A DNA stretch of 64,000 bases from an uncultured Gemmatimonadales bacterium (GTDB lineage Bacteria; Gemmatimonadota; Gemmatimonadetes; Longimicrobiales; RSA9). Positions 9,003 to 18,731 of the stretch are shown here, piece after piece (positions within the stretch are counted from its first letter, which is position 1; each line of letters starts with the position of its first letter). The notes beneath the pieces are model-generated. The model was not told the DNA's origin. It made no database searches and saw nothing but the letters and a program-made list of their open reading frames with translations. The position numbers and the translations under genes were made by a program. The stretch covers positions 32,001-96,000 of the forward strand of contig CAWCRS010000003.1 of NCBI GenBank assembly GCA_963798085.1, given 5' to 3'.

Positions 9003-10451
9003 ATGGCGCGACCCACCGGGTTTGCGGGCGACGACTCGAGTCCGGGCTCTCGTCCCGATACCGGGCCGGCATCGCCAGTGTCGGATGACGCGGCGCTGGA
9101 CCGGCGCGATTTCCTGAAGCGCGCCACCGTCCAAACAGGTCTGTTAGCCGCCGGCGCGGTGCCCGTCGCGCGCTCCCATCCTTCCCCCTGGTTCCCGGCC
9201 CGTCGCGCGGAAGCCTCGCCCGAAATCGTGGTGATCGGCGCGGGCGCGTTCGGCGGCTGGACGTCGCTGCACCTGCAGCGGCTGGGCGCGAAGGTGACAA
9301 TGGTGGATGCGTGGGGGCCGGGGAATTCGCGCGCGACCTCGGGCGATGAATCGCGTGGCGTGCGCTCTTCCTATGGCGATCGGCCGCACGGCCTGCTCTG
9401 GGGCAGATGGGCGAGAGAAGCGATCCGCCGCTGGAAAGGCTGGGACGAGGAATGGGGCAAGCCGCTGCGCATGCGCCTGTTCCACCAGACCGGCGACATC
9501 ATCATGCGCTCCAGCTGGGAATCGTTCCTGACGGAAACGCGCAAGAACTGGGACCAGTTGGGCACACCCTACGAAGTGCTGACACCCGATGAAGTGAAGT
9601 ACCGCTGGTCCGCGATCGATGTGAAAGGCATGACCGTGGTGCTGCACGAGCCGGAGGCCGGGGTCGTGCGCGCGCGCCGTGGATGCGAAGCGGTGGCCGA
9701 GGTGTTCCGTCAGGGCGGCGGCGATATCCGGATTGCGTGGGCCAATCCCGGTTCCAATGCGAAAGGCAAGCTGAACGACATCACCATGCGGCCGGGCACG
9801 CCGCTGGTTGCCGACCAGTTCGTGTTCGCGCTCGGACCGTGGCTGGGCAAGATGTTCCCCGAGCCGATGGGCAAGCGGCTGCGCACACCGATGGGCTGTG
9901 TCTTCTACTTCGGCACACCGCCCGGCGACCCGCGTTTCACGTATCCTGACATGCCCAGCTGGAATATCCCCGGCGTGACGGGCTGGCCGGCACTGCCGGT
10001 CGATAATCGCGGTTTTCGCGTGCGCACCGGCGGCGGGCGGGGCACGGATCCCGACACCAGTGAGCGCTGGGTGGATCAGACACTGTTCCCGCGCGCGCGG
10101 CAGGTGCTGGCCGACCGCTTTCCCGACATGGCCGGCGCGCCGCTCGTGGCGACGCACTCCTGCCACTACGAATCGAGCCCGTCGCGCAACTTCATCGTCG
10201 ATCATCACCCGGCGTGGAGCAACGTCTGGATCGCGGGCGCCGGCAATGCCGAGGGCTACAAGTTCGGTCCCGTCGTGGGCGAGTACGTGGCGCGTCGCGT
10301 GCTCGGTCTGGAGAACGATCCGGAGCTGATCCAGGCGTTCCGCATTCCCGAGGAAACATTCGACGATCAGGCCGCGAATCGCGCCACAACACGCCGTTCG
10401 AGTGGCGGGCCCGAACCGTACCAGGAGCCGCAGGGCGAAGACAGCTGGTGA
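9003..10451 (+). CDS. Tat-exported FAD-dependent oxidoreductase (DAO/monomeric sarcosine oxidase-like)
   Basis: DRRDFLK twin-arginine motif; VVIGAGAFG; SGDESRGVR; SCHYE; GYKFGPVVGE. Confidence 0.9.
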   Translation: MARPTGFAGDDSSPGSRPDTGPASPVSDDAALDRRDFLKRATVQTGLLAAGAVPVARSHPSPWFPARRAEASPEIVVIGAGAFGGWTSLHLQRLGAKVTMVDAWGPGNSRATSGDESRGVRSSYGDRPHGLLWGRWAREAIRRWKGWDEEWGKPLRMRLFHQTGDIIMRSSWESFLTETRKNWDQLGTPYEVLTPDEVKYRWSAIDVKGMTVVLHEPEAGVVRARRGCEAVAEVFRQGGGDIRIAWANPGSNAKGKLNDITMRPGTPLVADQFVFALGPWLGKMFPEPMGKRLRTPMGCVFYFGTPPGDPRFTYPDMPSWNIPGVTGWPALPVDNRGFRVRTGGGRGTDPDTSERWVDQTLFPRARQVLADRFPDMAGAPLVATHSCHYESSPSRNFIVDHHPAWSNVWIAGAGNAEGYKFGPVVGEYVARRVLGLENDPELIQAFRIPEETFDDQAANRATTRRSSGGPEPYQEPQGEDSW

Positions 10452-10464
10452 GCGGGGAAGGCCT

Positions 10465-11691
10465 TCAGGCAGGCGCCGCGGCGAGGCGCAGGCGGATGGT
10501 CGTGCCGTCAGGCGACGGCTCTGCTTCGAGGCAGCTTCTCTGCAGCTCCGCGATGCCGCGCGCGATGGCCAGCTGCAGGAAGGTCTCGGGATCACCCGCG
10601 TCCGCAGGCATCTCCCAGAAATAGTCGAAGAGCGCGTGTCCGCGTGTGTCGGGCGGCGCACCGGCATCACGCACACTGACCACCACCTGGTCGCCTTCTA
10701 ACGCCGCGGTTAGCTGAACCTGGCCGAAGGGCCGGGTCACGGCAATGGCGCGCGCCAGCAGGATGGACAGCAACTGAATGGTGCGCTGCCGGTCCACCTG
10801 CACCAGCGGCAGTGTGGCGTCGCTCGTGACCGAGAGGGCGACACTGCGGGCCTCGGCCGCCGTCGCGTTGAGGCGCCACGCTTCCGCCAGCAGCGGGGCA
10901 GCTTCGCAGGCGGCCATGCGCACCTCGAGACGCTGCTGCGCAATGCGTCGCAGATCGCGCACCCATTCGATGAGCCGCTCGACTTCGGTAACAGCCTGTC
11001 CCACATGGCCGACGTATTCCCAGGCTTCATCGGGCAGCGGCTCACCGCGTGGCTGCCGTCCCAGCATCCATGCAGCGAGGCGTATGGCCGTGAGCGGACT
11101 GCCCACACCGTGCGCCAGGACGGAAAGCAGCTGGTCGCGATGGCTCACCGCGCGGAGTGCGGCCTGACAGGCGAAGGCGTTGCGCAGCGCGACCGCGCCG
11201 CATTGCGCGAGCGACTTCGCCTGATCCTGCATGGCCTGCGTCAACCGCTCGGCGGCGAGCACGTGGAAGCCGAGCGCGTGCACGGCGCTCTGACCGGTGT
11301 GCATGGGAAGGAGCAGTGCCGCGCCCGGCGGCAGCGCCTGCCACAGCGCCGCGTCCCACACCCCGCGCGCCGGGTCCGGCTGCGGCGCATGCGTATCGGC
11401 GAACCATTGGGCGGGGGCTGCGTCGAGCGCGGCGCGCAGTGCCTGCGTCGAGGCCGCATCGAGCCGGGGCGCCAGCGCGCCGGCCCGCGTGAGGATGGCG
11501 TCGCTGGCTGCGCGCAGCACCATGCGAACCGCGCTGTTCGCAGAGCCCAGCTCGTACACGACACTGCAGTCCGCACCCACGCGCAGCGCTGTTTCCGCGA
11601 TGGCAACGTACACCTGCGGCGGATCGAGTGATGCGAAGACGGGTGCGAATGCGGCCGGCGACAGCGCCTCGGTCAGGGCAGTGGTGGCCAT
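10465..11691 (-). CDS. GAF + HisKA + degenerate HATPase protein (probable pseudo-kinase)
   Basis: H-box LAHGVGSPLTAI; N-box region QLLSILLARAI; G1 region VRDAGAP; G2 region FLQLAIARGIAE. Confidence 0.75.
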   Translation of the reverse strand: MATTALTEALSPAAFAPVFASLDPPQVYVAIAETALRVGADCSVVYELGSANSAVRMVLRAASDAILTRAGALAPRLDAASTQALRAALDAAPAQWFADTHAPQPDPARGVWDAALWQALPPGAALLLPMHTGQSAVHALGFHVLAAERLTQAMQDQAKSLAQCGAVALRNAFACQAALRAVSHRDQLLSVLAHGVGSPLTAIRLAAWMLGRQPRGEPLPDEAWEYVGHVGQAVTEVERLIEWVRDLRRIAQQRLEVRMAACEAAPLLAEAWRLNATAAEARSVALSVTSDATLPLVQVDRQRTIQLLSILLARAIAVTRPFGQVQLTAALEGDQVVVSVRDAGAPPDTRGHALFDYFWEMPADAGDPETFLQLAIARGIAELQRSCLEAEPSPDGTTIRLRLAAAPA

Positions 11692-11952
11692 CGCAGCGCG
11701 GGGGTTGGCGTGTGCCGGGCGCCGATGCACATCGGGAATCGGGGGAGGCGACGACCTCCTGGTCGCGTTCTGCGCCGTTTGTTCGCGCGAACTGCGCTGT
11801 TCACACGGCCGGCCGCGGGCGCGACGCCCGTGGCTCGGAAATACCATGCGTCCGGAGGCGGCGCCAGTGGTGTGCCATGACTCGACGGGTGGTCACGAGC
11901 CACACGGCCGCGCACGCACCGGGGATTCCCCTACGGGGTGCGCGCCCGGCGT

Positions 11953-12696
11953 TCAGGCTGCGGTCAGGATTTCCGGCTCGCCGCTGCCGATCACGATGGT
12001 GTGCTCGAAATGCGCGGTCAGGCTGCCGTCCTCACTCAGGATGGTCCAGCCATCGTCGCCCTCACGCGTCCATTGCGTGCCGGCGCAGATGAGCGGTTCC
12101 AGCGCGATGACGAGTCCTTCGTTGAGGCGGCCGCGGGCGCGCGGCTCGTAGTAGTTGGGCACTGCAGGCGGCTCGTGGATCTTGCGGCCCACGCCGTGTC
12201 CGTTCAACTCGCGCAGGACCTTGAAGCCATACCGTCGCACTTCACGCTCGATGATGCCGCCGACCATGTTGAGCGCGACGCCCGCGCGTGCGGCGCCGGC
12301 ACCTTTCCAGAACGCGGCCTCGGCGCAGGCCTGCAGTGCGAGCGCCTGGCGTGATGCGGGCGGCACGATCACCGTGATGGCGGCATCGGCAACGTAGCCG
12401 TCGAGTTCCGCCGTCACGTCCAGTGTCACCAGGTCGCCGCCTTCGAGCACGCGCGCACCGGGAATGCCGTGCACGACTTCATCGTTCACGCTGATGCAGG
12501 TGCAGGCGGGAAAATCGTAGAACAGGCGGGGTGCGGAGCGCGCGCCGCTGACGGCCAGTGTCTGCTCCGCGATATCATCCAGTTCACCGGTGGTGACACC
12601 TGCGTGTACGGCAGCGCGCATGCGCTCGAGCGCGGCGTGCACCAGGCGTCCCACGCGACGCATCGCCTTGAAATCGGCTGCGGTTTCAATGGACAA
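11953..12696 (-). CDS. map: Type I methionine aminopeptidase
   Basis: CISVNDEVVHGIP, DVTAELDGYVAD, GHGVG..HEPP, AHFEHT; TTG start preceded by GAGG. Confidence 0.95.
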   Translation of the reverse strand: MSIETAADFKAMRRVGRLVHAALERMRAAVHAGVTTGELDDIAEQTLAVSGARSAPRLFYDFPACTCISVNDEVVHGIPGARVLEGGDLVTLDVTAELDGYVADAAITVIVPPASRQALALQACAEAAFWKGAGAARAGVALNMVGGIIEREVRRYGFKVLRELNGHGVGRKIHEPPAVPNYYEPRARGRLNEGLVIALEPLICAGTQWTREGDDGWTILSEDGSLTAHFEHTIVIGSGEPEILTAA

Positions 12697-12749
12697 GATG
12701 AACCTCGTGTTGCGGCTGCGGAGCCTGGATGCGAGCGGGTGGCCGGCGC

Positions 12750-13421
12750 TCAGCTGCCTGCGGCTTCCCACGGGCTGTGTCGCGCGCCATGCGCGTGGGC
12801 ACGGCGCAGCATGCCGCCCTGCAGCAACGCGACACCGCTCGATGCCACCCAGTAGAGACCGACCGCCGAAGCGAATTTCGCCATGACCAGGAACGTGACG
12901 ACCCCGGCGAGCACAGCCATCACGCGGGTAGCGACCGGCCCGGCCGTGGCCGGCGCCGCCAGCAGTGCCGCGCTGGTGAGCACGGACACGCCAATGGCGA
13001 GCCAGGCATCGGGACGGGCGAGATCGCCGATCCAGAGGAAGCGGCGCGCGCTGCCCAGTCCCTGGCGAACCACGCCATAGAAGGCGAGCACGATGGGCAG
13101 CTGGGCGAAACCGACGAGCAGGCTGCCCACATCGAGCGTGCGCAGGCCGCTCGCGCGCTGCAGCGCCTGCGTCTCGCGATACACCCGTACGGGGTCCTTC
13201 GGATACAGCTGCTGCAGCGCCTTCAGCTCGGGCTGGATGCGCTCGAGGATGCGGCGCTGCGCGACCGCGCGGCGCGCATAGCGGAGTGTTAGAGGCAGCA
13301 GCGCCAGGCGCAGCAGCAGCGAACAGGCCAGTATGGCGAGGCCAATGCTGCCGCCGCACACGTGCGAGACTCCGAACAGCAGTGCACGGAACAGCTCGAC
13401 GATACCTCCCCACACGTTCAT
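12750..13421 (-). CDS. Short YidC/Oxa1-family membrane insertase (no periplasmic domain)
   Basis: GLAILACSLLLRLALLPL, IQPELKALQQLY, QLPIVLAFY, FLWIGDLARPD, GLYWVAS. Confidence 0.85.
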   Translation of the reverse strand: MNVWGGIVELFRALLFGVSHVCGGSIGLAILACSLLLRLALLPLTLRYARRAVAQRRILERIQPELKALQQLYPKDPVRVYRETQALQRASGLRTLDVGSLLVGFAQLPIVLAFYGVVRQGLGSARRFLWIGDLARPDAWLAIGVSVLTSAALLAAPATAGPVATRVMAVLAGVVTFLVMAKFASAVGLYWVASSGVALLQGGMLRRAHAHGARHSPWEAAGS

Positions 13422-13531
13422 GGCTGCGATCCTCCGCGACGGGAAATGCCCGGCCCTGACCTTCCGGAAGTTACCAGTGCCGGGCAGTGCATCCAACCCG
13501 CCGGGGCCGGTCCGGCGGGTCTCACGACAAG

Positions 13532-14329
13532 TCAGGCCGCGCGCGGGTCGCCCGGCAGGAAGGTGCCGGTCACGGCGCGGAACGCGTCCGACGTCTTGTC
13601 GCCGGGCACACCGTCGACCTTTACGAAGATGCCGGGGAAGGTATTCAGCCAGCGCTGCAGTGCTTCCGCGCGGGCGACCTCGACCGGATCGGTGGATTTG
13701 CGGTTGGCATGCCTGAGCAGCGCGGCCGCGGGCGGCTGCTGGTCGGGGAAGTCGATGACATTGTGTTCGGCAAAGCGCCGCAGCAGCACCGCCGCGCCGC
13801 ACTGGCGCGATACGGCCGTGTCCGAGAACGTCCCGTCGGCCACGAACTTGCCGCTGCGGTAGTGGTTGGAAAAACACCAGAGATAGGGCGAAAGCACTTC
13901 CGGATGGCGCGTGCGATAGCCGAATCCGTTGTAGCGCTCGATCTGGTAGAGCATGCCCGGTAACGTCCAGTCAGTGCCGGCCGAGAGTTTCTGCACACCG
14001 AGCGCATCGGCCGCGCTCTCCTCCCACGTGAACGGCGGATTTCCGCCCGGCGGCCGGCCCGCGGGCACGTGCACTGTCCTTGCCGTGAGCGGGTCGCCGT
14101 TGTGCAGATGGGAGCGGAAGTTCTGGCTCGATTCCATGTTGTGGATCACCGCCACGAACTGCCAGGGCACACCCGCCAGTCCGCCGGCAGCCTCATAGCG
14201 CGCGCGGTTCTTGAGCAGCGCACTGACCAGCTGTTCCACTTCGGCCGCGCGCTCCGGGCGCACGTCGCAGCTGTTGAAGAGCGTCTCATACTCGAGGCGC
14301 AGCGCGTTTGTCAGCGAGACGGATGCCAT
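13532..14329 (-). CDS. Lysozyme-family protein (COG5526-like) with C-terminal peptidoglycan-binding-like motif
   Basis: VAVIHNMES, LHNGDPL, FTWEESAADAL, ERYNGFGY, SPYLW, GKFVADG; C-terminal LQRWLN..VDGVPGDKT. Confidence 0.8.
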   Translation of the reverse strand: MASVSLTNALRLEYETLFNSCDVRPERAAEVEQLVSALLKNRARYEAAGGLAGVPWQFVAVIHNMESSQNFRSHLHNGDPLTARTVHVPAGRPPGGNPPFTWEESAADALGVQKLSAGTDWTLPGMLYQIERYNGFGYRTRHPEVLSPYLWCFSNHYRSGKFVADGTFSDTAVSRQCGAAVLLRRFAEHNVIDFPDQQPPAAALLRHANRKSTDPVEVARAEALQRWLNTFPGIFVKVDGVPGDKTSDAFRAVTGTFLPGDPRAA

Positions 14330-14700
14330 CAGCGACGCTCTCCCCGCAGCGTGCGCGCGCGCACGATGCCGCCCGCAATGGCGCAGGGCGCCATGAGGCT
14401 GAACGCCGCGAGCTGCGACCAGACTGCCGTGTCAGGTGCGCGGAAGACCAGCGAAATCGCTGCGCCTGCCGCAATGATGAGACCGACGAGCATGGCGGCC
14501 AGCGCATCGGTACGCCGCGCGATGGCGGATGCGATGTAGCCGCCCGCCACAGCGAATGCCATGCCGTACAGAATGCTGCCGAAGACGAAGGCGGGCGTTG
14601 CGCCGGCGTGCGGCGCCGCGCCGGTCGTCTGAAACAGTGCCACGGCACTGCCCGCGAACAGCAGATACCCGAAAACCACGCCTGCTGCGAACCTGAGCAC
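14329..14700 (-). CDS. Four-TM hypothetical membrane protein (start uncertain)
   Basis: Four hydrophobic segments; stop codon overlaps the next ATG (TGATG). Confidence 0.7.
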   Translation of the reverse strand: MLRFAAGVVFGYLLFAGSAVALFQTTGAAPHAGATPAFVFGSILYGMAFAVAGGYIASAIARRTDALAAMLVGLIIAAGAAISLVFRAPDTAVWSQLAAFSLMAPCAIAGGIVRARTLRGERR

Positions 14701-14787
14701 TCTCGACCCCCTGGCCACGCCTGCGAAATCGCAGCGCTCGCCGAATCTACTGTCCGGTGTCCCGGGTCCACTAGGCACCCGCACCGC

Positions 14788-15069
14788 TCAGGGAATGAAA
14801 ATGAACCGATAGACCAGCAGCACCAGCACGGTGAGCGCCGCAACCAGCAAAACGCCGCGAAAGCGGCCCAGGAAGAAGAGGCTCACGCCCAGCCACGCGA
14901 ACACGGCGCCGATCAGGCTGCCGGCCACCCATCGTTCCAGCAATCCGGCGGGCAGCGCGACGCCACGCACGTGCTCGAGCCGGAACACCTCCGCGAGTGA
15001 GCGCACGACCGCCATGAACTGGGCGGTGATGCCCAGCATGGCCCACTGGCGCGCGGACAGCCGCCTCAT
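14788..15069 (-). CDS. Small three-TM hypothetical protein
   Basis: Hydrophobic segments; co-oriented with neighbours. Confidence 0.6.
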   Translation of the reverse strand: MRRLSARQWAMLGITAQFMAVVRSLAEVFRLEHVRGVALPAGLLERWVAGSLIGAVFAWLGVSLFFLGRFRGVLLVAALTVLVLLVYRFIFIP

Positions 15070-15126
15070 CGAATTGCGCCATGCAATGCGGCGTTTACGC
15101 TGCGCACCAGGACCTGTACGGCGATC

Positions 15127-15786
15127 TCAGGGAGCGGGCTCCTGCACCGTGCGGTGTGCATCCGCCCACCACGCCCAGAGCGGTACCAGCCAGCCGGTCA
15201 GCGCAAAGTACGCGAGGGCGCGCTCGCTGGGCGGCGGCGCCGCGTAGATCGACGTCGTGTACAGGAAGCCGAGCGCGACCATGAGGCTCCAGAAGGCCCA
15301 GCGACCAATGCGGTCGCGCGCGCGCGTCGTGCGCAGATAGATCCACAGTCCCGCAAGGCTGATCACGCTCTCCACGACGAGCGTGCCGGGCACGCTGTTC
15401 CAGAGCGCGAGGCCCACGCGCGGGCCGCCCGGGTAGAGCGGCAGGTCCGGCTGGTGCACGATGAAGTCGAGCACCCAGTGGCTGAACACGAGGATGGCCA
15501 CCACGACGGCGCCGCGCCGATTGTGCGTAACCCCCTGATACAAAGCGCCGAAGGCGAGGGACCACGCGAGTGCGCCCACCAGGCTGTGGGTAATGGGGTA
15601 GCTGGTGAAAACCACACCGCCAAACCCTGTGTTAGACGACAGCACGGTGGCGTGCTCCCAGCCCAGCAGCAGGAAGCTGGGCCAGAGCAGGTCGGCCAGC
15701 TGGGTCGCGGCAAACAGCGCACCCAGCGACGTGCGCGGCGAGGCTCGCTTCGCCGCCAGGGCAACACCGAAATGCCCGATGAACAT
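15127..15786 (-). CDS. Membrane-bound metal-dependent hydrolase-like protein
   Basis: MFIGH, LADLLWP, THSL, SHWVLDFIVH motifs with multiple TMs. Confidence 0.85.
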   Translation of the reverse strand: MFIGHFGVALAAKRASPRTSLGALFAATQLADLLWPSFLLLGWEHATVLSSNTGFGGVVFTSYPITHSLVGALAWSLAFGALYQGVTHNRRGAVVVAILVFSHWVLDFIVHQPDLPLYPGGPRVGLALWNSVPGTLVVESVISLAGLWIYLRTTRARDRIGRWAFWSLMVALGFLYTTSIYAAPPPSERALAYFALTGWLVPLWAWWADAHRTVQEPAP

Positions 15787-15804
15787 GGCGCCTCGATCCG
15801 TTTC

Positions 15805-16596
15805 TCAATTTGCGTCGTGTGACAGCAGCTCGAATACGAGGAAATACGGCAATCGCGTGCAATGCGCGAGTGCGGGCTGCTCGCGCACCACCTGTGCGGC
15901 GGGCTTTGGCTCGTGGATGCGACGGATCAGAAAGCCGGCATCGGCGCTGGCCGCCGTCCACTCTTCCAGCGTGCGCCGCCAGTACGGCGAGCTCCAGCGG
16001 TAGCGCAGGCGAGGCATGTTCCATTCGCACACGGCGGGTCCGGTGTCGAAATAGCGGTCCGCGAAAAAGCGCTGCTTGTGGCCGAGTGCGTCGCGTTCCC
16101 AGCCGTGCACGGGCGCGTCGGTGTACGGGTGCGGCACGGAGAACGCCATACGTCCCCCGCGACGCAGCACGCGGTGGGCCGCGCGCAGGCAGCCCTCGCC
16201 GTCGGCCATGTCCTGGAGCGCGAGGCAGGCGGTGACGAGGTCGAAGCTCGCGGGATCGAACTCGCCATCCACGCGCGAGGCGCTCAGCACGCGGTACTCG
16301 ATGCCCAGCGGTGCGCGCTGCTCTTCCTGGCGCGCGCAGGCGACGAGCTTGGGGCTGAGATCCACGCCCGTGACGTGCGCGCCCCGGCGGGCCAGCTCGC
16401 GCGCGAAGTAGCCTTCGCCGCAGCCCAGGTCCAGCACGCGCTCGCCCGGCTGCACGCGCGTCGCATCCAGCAGTGCGGGTCCGTGCAGCAGGCGGCGGAA
16501 GTAGTCGTCGCCATCGCGCACGAACGTCTGCCACGCGTCCGCGGCGAAGTCCCACGCGGTGCGGGCGTCCTCATCGGTGAAGCGCTCCTCCGCCAT
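15805..16596 (-). CDS. Class I SAM-dependent methyltransferase
   Basis: VLDLGCGEG, GVDLS, FDLV, RVLRRGG, SVPHP; GGAGG RBS. Confidence 0.92.
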   Translation of the reverse strand: MAEERFTDEDARTAWDFAADAWQTFVRDGDDYFRRLLHGPALLDATRVQPGERVLDLGCGEGYFARELARRGAHVTGVDLSPKLVACARQEEQRAPLGIEYRVLSASRVDGEFDPASFDLVTACLALQDMADGEGCLRAAHRVLRRGGRMAFSVPHPYTDAPVHGWERDALGHKQRFFADRYFDTGPAVCEWNMPRLRYRWSSPYWRRTLEEWTAASADAGFLIRRIHEPKPAAQVVREQPALAHCTRLPYFLVFELLSHDAN

Positions 16597-16783
16597 CCGG
16601 GCCTCCGGTCCCATGGTGCGCGCGGGCTGCTGCGGGGATGGTGCGATCTCTAACTATATGTTACACGGGTCCTGCGCTCGAGGTCGAGGGTGCGGATGCG
16701 GGTGCGGCGGTGGTGGCAAGCGGGGCGGGTCGAGTGACGCGGCGTCGCAGAGGGGTGCGACGCCGCGGTTACGGCTATGCCTG

Positions 16784-18064
16784 TCAGCCGACGCTGAGCA
16801 GGCGTTCCAGCTCTTCGGGTGAAAGCTCGGCTACCCGCCGGGTACCCAGGCGGTGGCCCGCGCGGTTCACTGTGACGCGCGCCGGTACGGGACGAAAAGC
16901 GTCGCCTGATTCTGATTCGTAATCGAAACCGGGCAGCGAAATGCGCGGCAGGCTGCGATCCAGCAGCCGTTCAATGTCCTTCATGACGCCCAGCTCGGCA
17001 GCCGAGAGGAAGGTCACGGCCGTGCCACTGGCGCCCGCCCGGCCGGTGCGGCCGATGCGATGAATGTAGTCTTCCGGGTTGCGCGGAACATCGAAGTTGA
17101 CGACATGGCTGATGCCTTCAATGTCGAGGCCGCGCTGCGCAATGTCGGTGGCGACCAGCACGCGGACCCGGCCATCGGCAAAGCTGTTGAGCGCGCGGGC
17201 GCGCTCCTTCATGTCGCGATCGCCGTGCATCACGGTGGTGTTGACGCCGGCATGCGCCAGGCGTTTGACCAGCAGATCAGCGCCCGCCTTGGTCGCGGTG
17301 AACACCAGCACCTGCTCCCAGTTCGTCTGCTCGAGCAGCTCGATGAGCAGCGCCACCTTGCGATCGGCGCGCACCGAGTACACCGTCTGCTCGACGTTGT
17401 CCGCTGTGGTTCCCCTGGGCGCCACGCTCAGCCATTCCGGATCCTTCATGATGCGCAGCGCCATGGCGTGCACACCGTTGGGCATGGTGGCGGAGTACAG
17501 CATCGTCTGCCGCTGGCGGGGCACGTGCTTGAGGATCTGCTCGATCTGTGGACGGAATCCCATGTCGAGCATGCGATCCGCTTCATCGAGCACGAGCATG
17601 TCGATCGTGGAAAGGTCGACATTGCCCTTGCGGACGTGGTCGAGCAGGCGACCGGGTGTGGCCACGAGCAGATCGAAGCCTGCGCGCAGGTCGCGGATCT
17701 GCGGGCCGAAGCGCACGCCGCCCACGATTTCGCCGATGAACAGGTGCGCCGGCTTGCTCAGCTCGCGGGCGTCGGCGGCAACCTGCTGCGCCAGCTCGCG
17801 TGTGGGGCAGAGCACGAGCGTGTGCAGCCCATCGCGGCCAATCTGCTTTTCCAGCGCAGGGATCAGGAACGACGCCGTCTTGCCGGTGCCGGTCTGCGCG
17901 ATGCCTACGACGTCCTTGCCGGCACGTGCCGGGGGAATGGCCAACTGCTGAATGGGAGTGGGATCGGTCCAGCCGAGCTGGCTGATGGCCTGCAACAGCT
18001 GGGGTGCGTCAGTGAGTTGATCGAATGTCAAAACGTCTCGTCCTGTGAACGGAGTACCGGTCAT
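16784..18064 (-). CDS. rhlE: DEAD-box RNA helicase (RhlE-like)
   Basis: PTPIQ, AQTGTGKT, PTRELA, DEAD, SAT, HRIGRTGR. Confidence 0.93.
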   Translation of the reverse strand: MTGTPFTGRDVLTFDQLTDAPQLLQAISQLGWTDPTPIQQLAIPPARAGKDVVGIAQTGTGKTASFLIPALEKQIGRDGLHTLVLCPTRELAQQVAADARELSKPAHLFIGEIVGGVRFGPQIRDLRAGFDLLVATPGRLLDHVRKGNVDLSTIDMLVLDEADRMLDMGFRPQIEQILKHVPRQRQTMLYSATMPNGVHAMALRIMKDPEWLSVAPRGTTADNVEQTVYSVRADRKVALLIELLEQTNWEQVLVFTATKAGADLLVKRLAHAGVNTTVMHGDRDMKERARALNSFADGRVRVLVATDIAQRGLDIEGISHVVNFDVPRNPEDYIHRIGRTGRAGASGTAVTFLSAAELGVMKDIERLLDRSLPRISLPGFDYESESGDAFRPVPARVTVNRAGHRLGTRRVAELSPEELERLLSVG

Positions 18065-18162
18065 GCATGCCGGTGCGTCCAGTATCGGATGCCAACCGCC
18101 CAGGACGTCAATCCCGGTCCCGGGTCGGACCGGCGGAAGTGTCAATGTGACCGGTAAGAATG

Positions 18163-18197
18163 AAAAAGGCCGGTCACGCCGATCGGGCGAACCGACC
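18163..18197 (-). terminator. Terminator-like hairpin with T5 tail upstream of the helicase gene
   Basis: Minus strand GGTCGGTTCGCC-CGATC-GGCGTGACCGGCC-TTTTT. Confidence 0.55.
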
Positions 18198-18244
18198 TCG
18201 AACTTCCATCGGACAATCTAGCGGCACAGTCGCTGCCGTCAACC

Positions 18245-18420
18245 TTTCACCACTCACCGCAGCACTAACCGCGGAGATCGCTGAGGGCGCAGAGGATGGC
18301 GCGGAGTCTTTCCTGTTGCAACGGATTGGAGAGCGCTGGGGGCGCGGAGAACGGCGCGAGAGTCTTTTTGTTTCAACGGATTAGGAAGCGCAGAGGGCGC
18401 GAAGGGTTGAGGCTGGAACC
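18245..18420. repeat. Intergenic REP-like repeats, family A (ACCGCGGAG...GCGCAGAG)
   Basis: Degenerate units AACCGCGGAGATCGCTGAGGGCGCAGAGG; CAACGGATT occurs twice; related to 45379-45690. Confidence 0.55.
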
Positions 18421-18731
18421 GCTGTGATCGTGGCGGTCGACGAACAGGACGAACGCAGCCGCGCTCTGCGGTTGAAGATCGTCCGGGCCTGCGGTTGACA
18501 GTTGCAGGAGCAAGTCGGGCAGGTAACGAATTCAGTCAATGAAGAGGGCAGCGTGGCAGTGATTCGTTTCCCACCCCCAGCCCCAGCCCGAGCCCCGGCC
18601 CCGGAAAACGGGTCGTCCAACGGATCCAAACAGCGATGCGTTAGTAGAACGAAACGACCTTGTGTGTCCGGAGCACGACCCGGCCAGGTCGTGCGCCGGC
18701 GCGCATGCAACTGGGAAAGCCGGACACTGCA

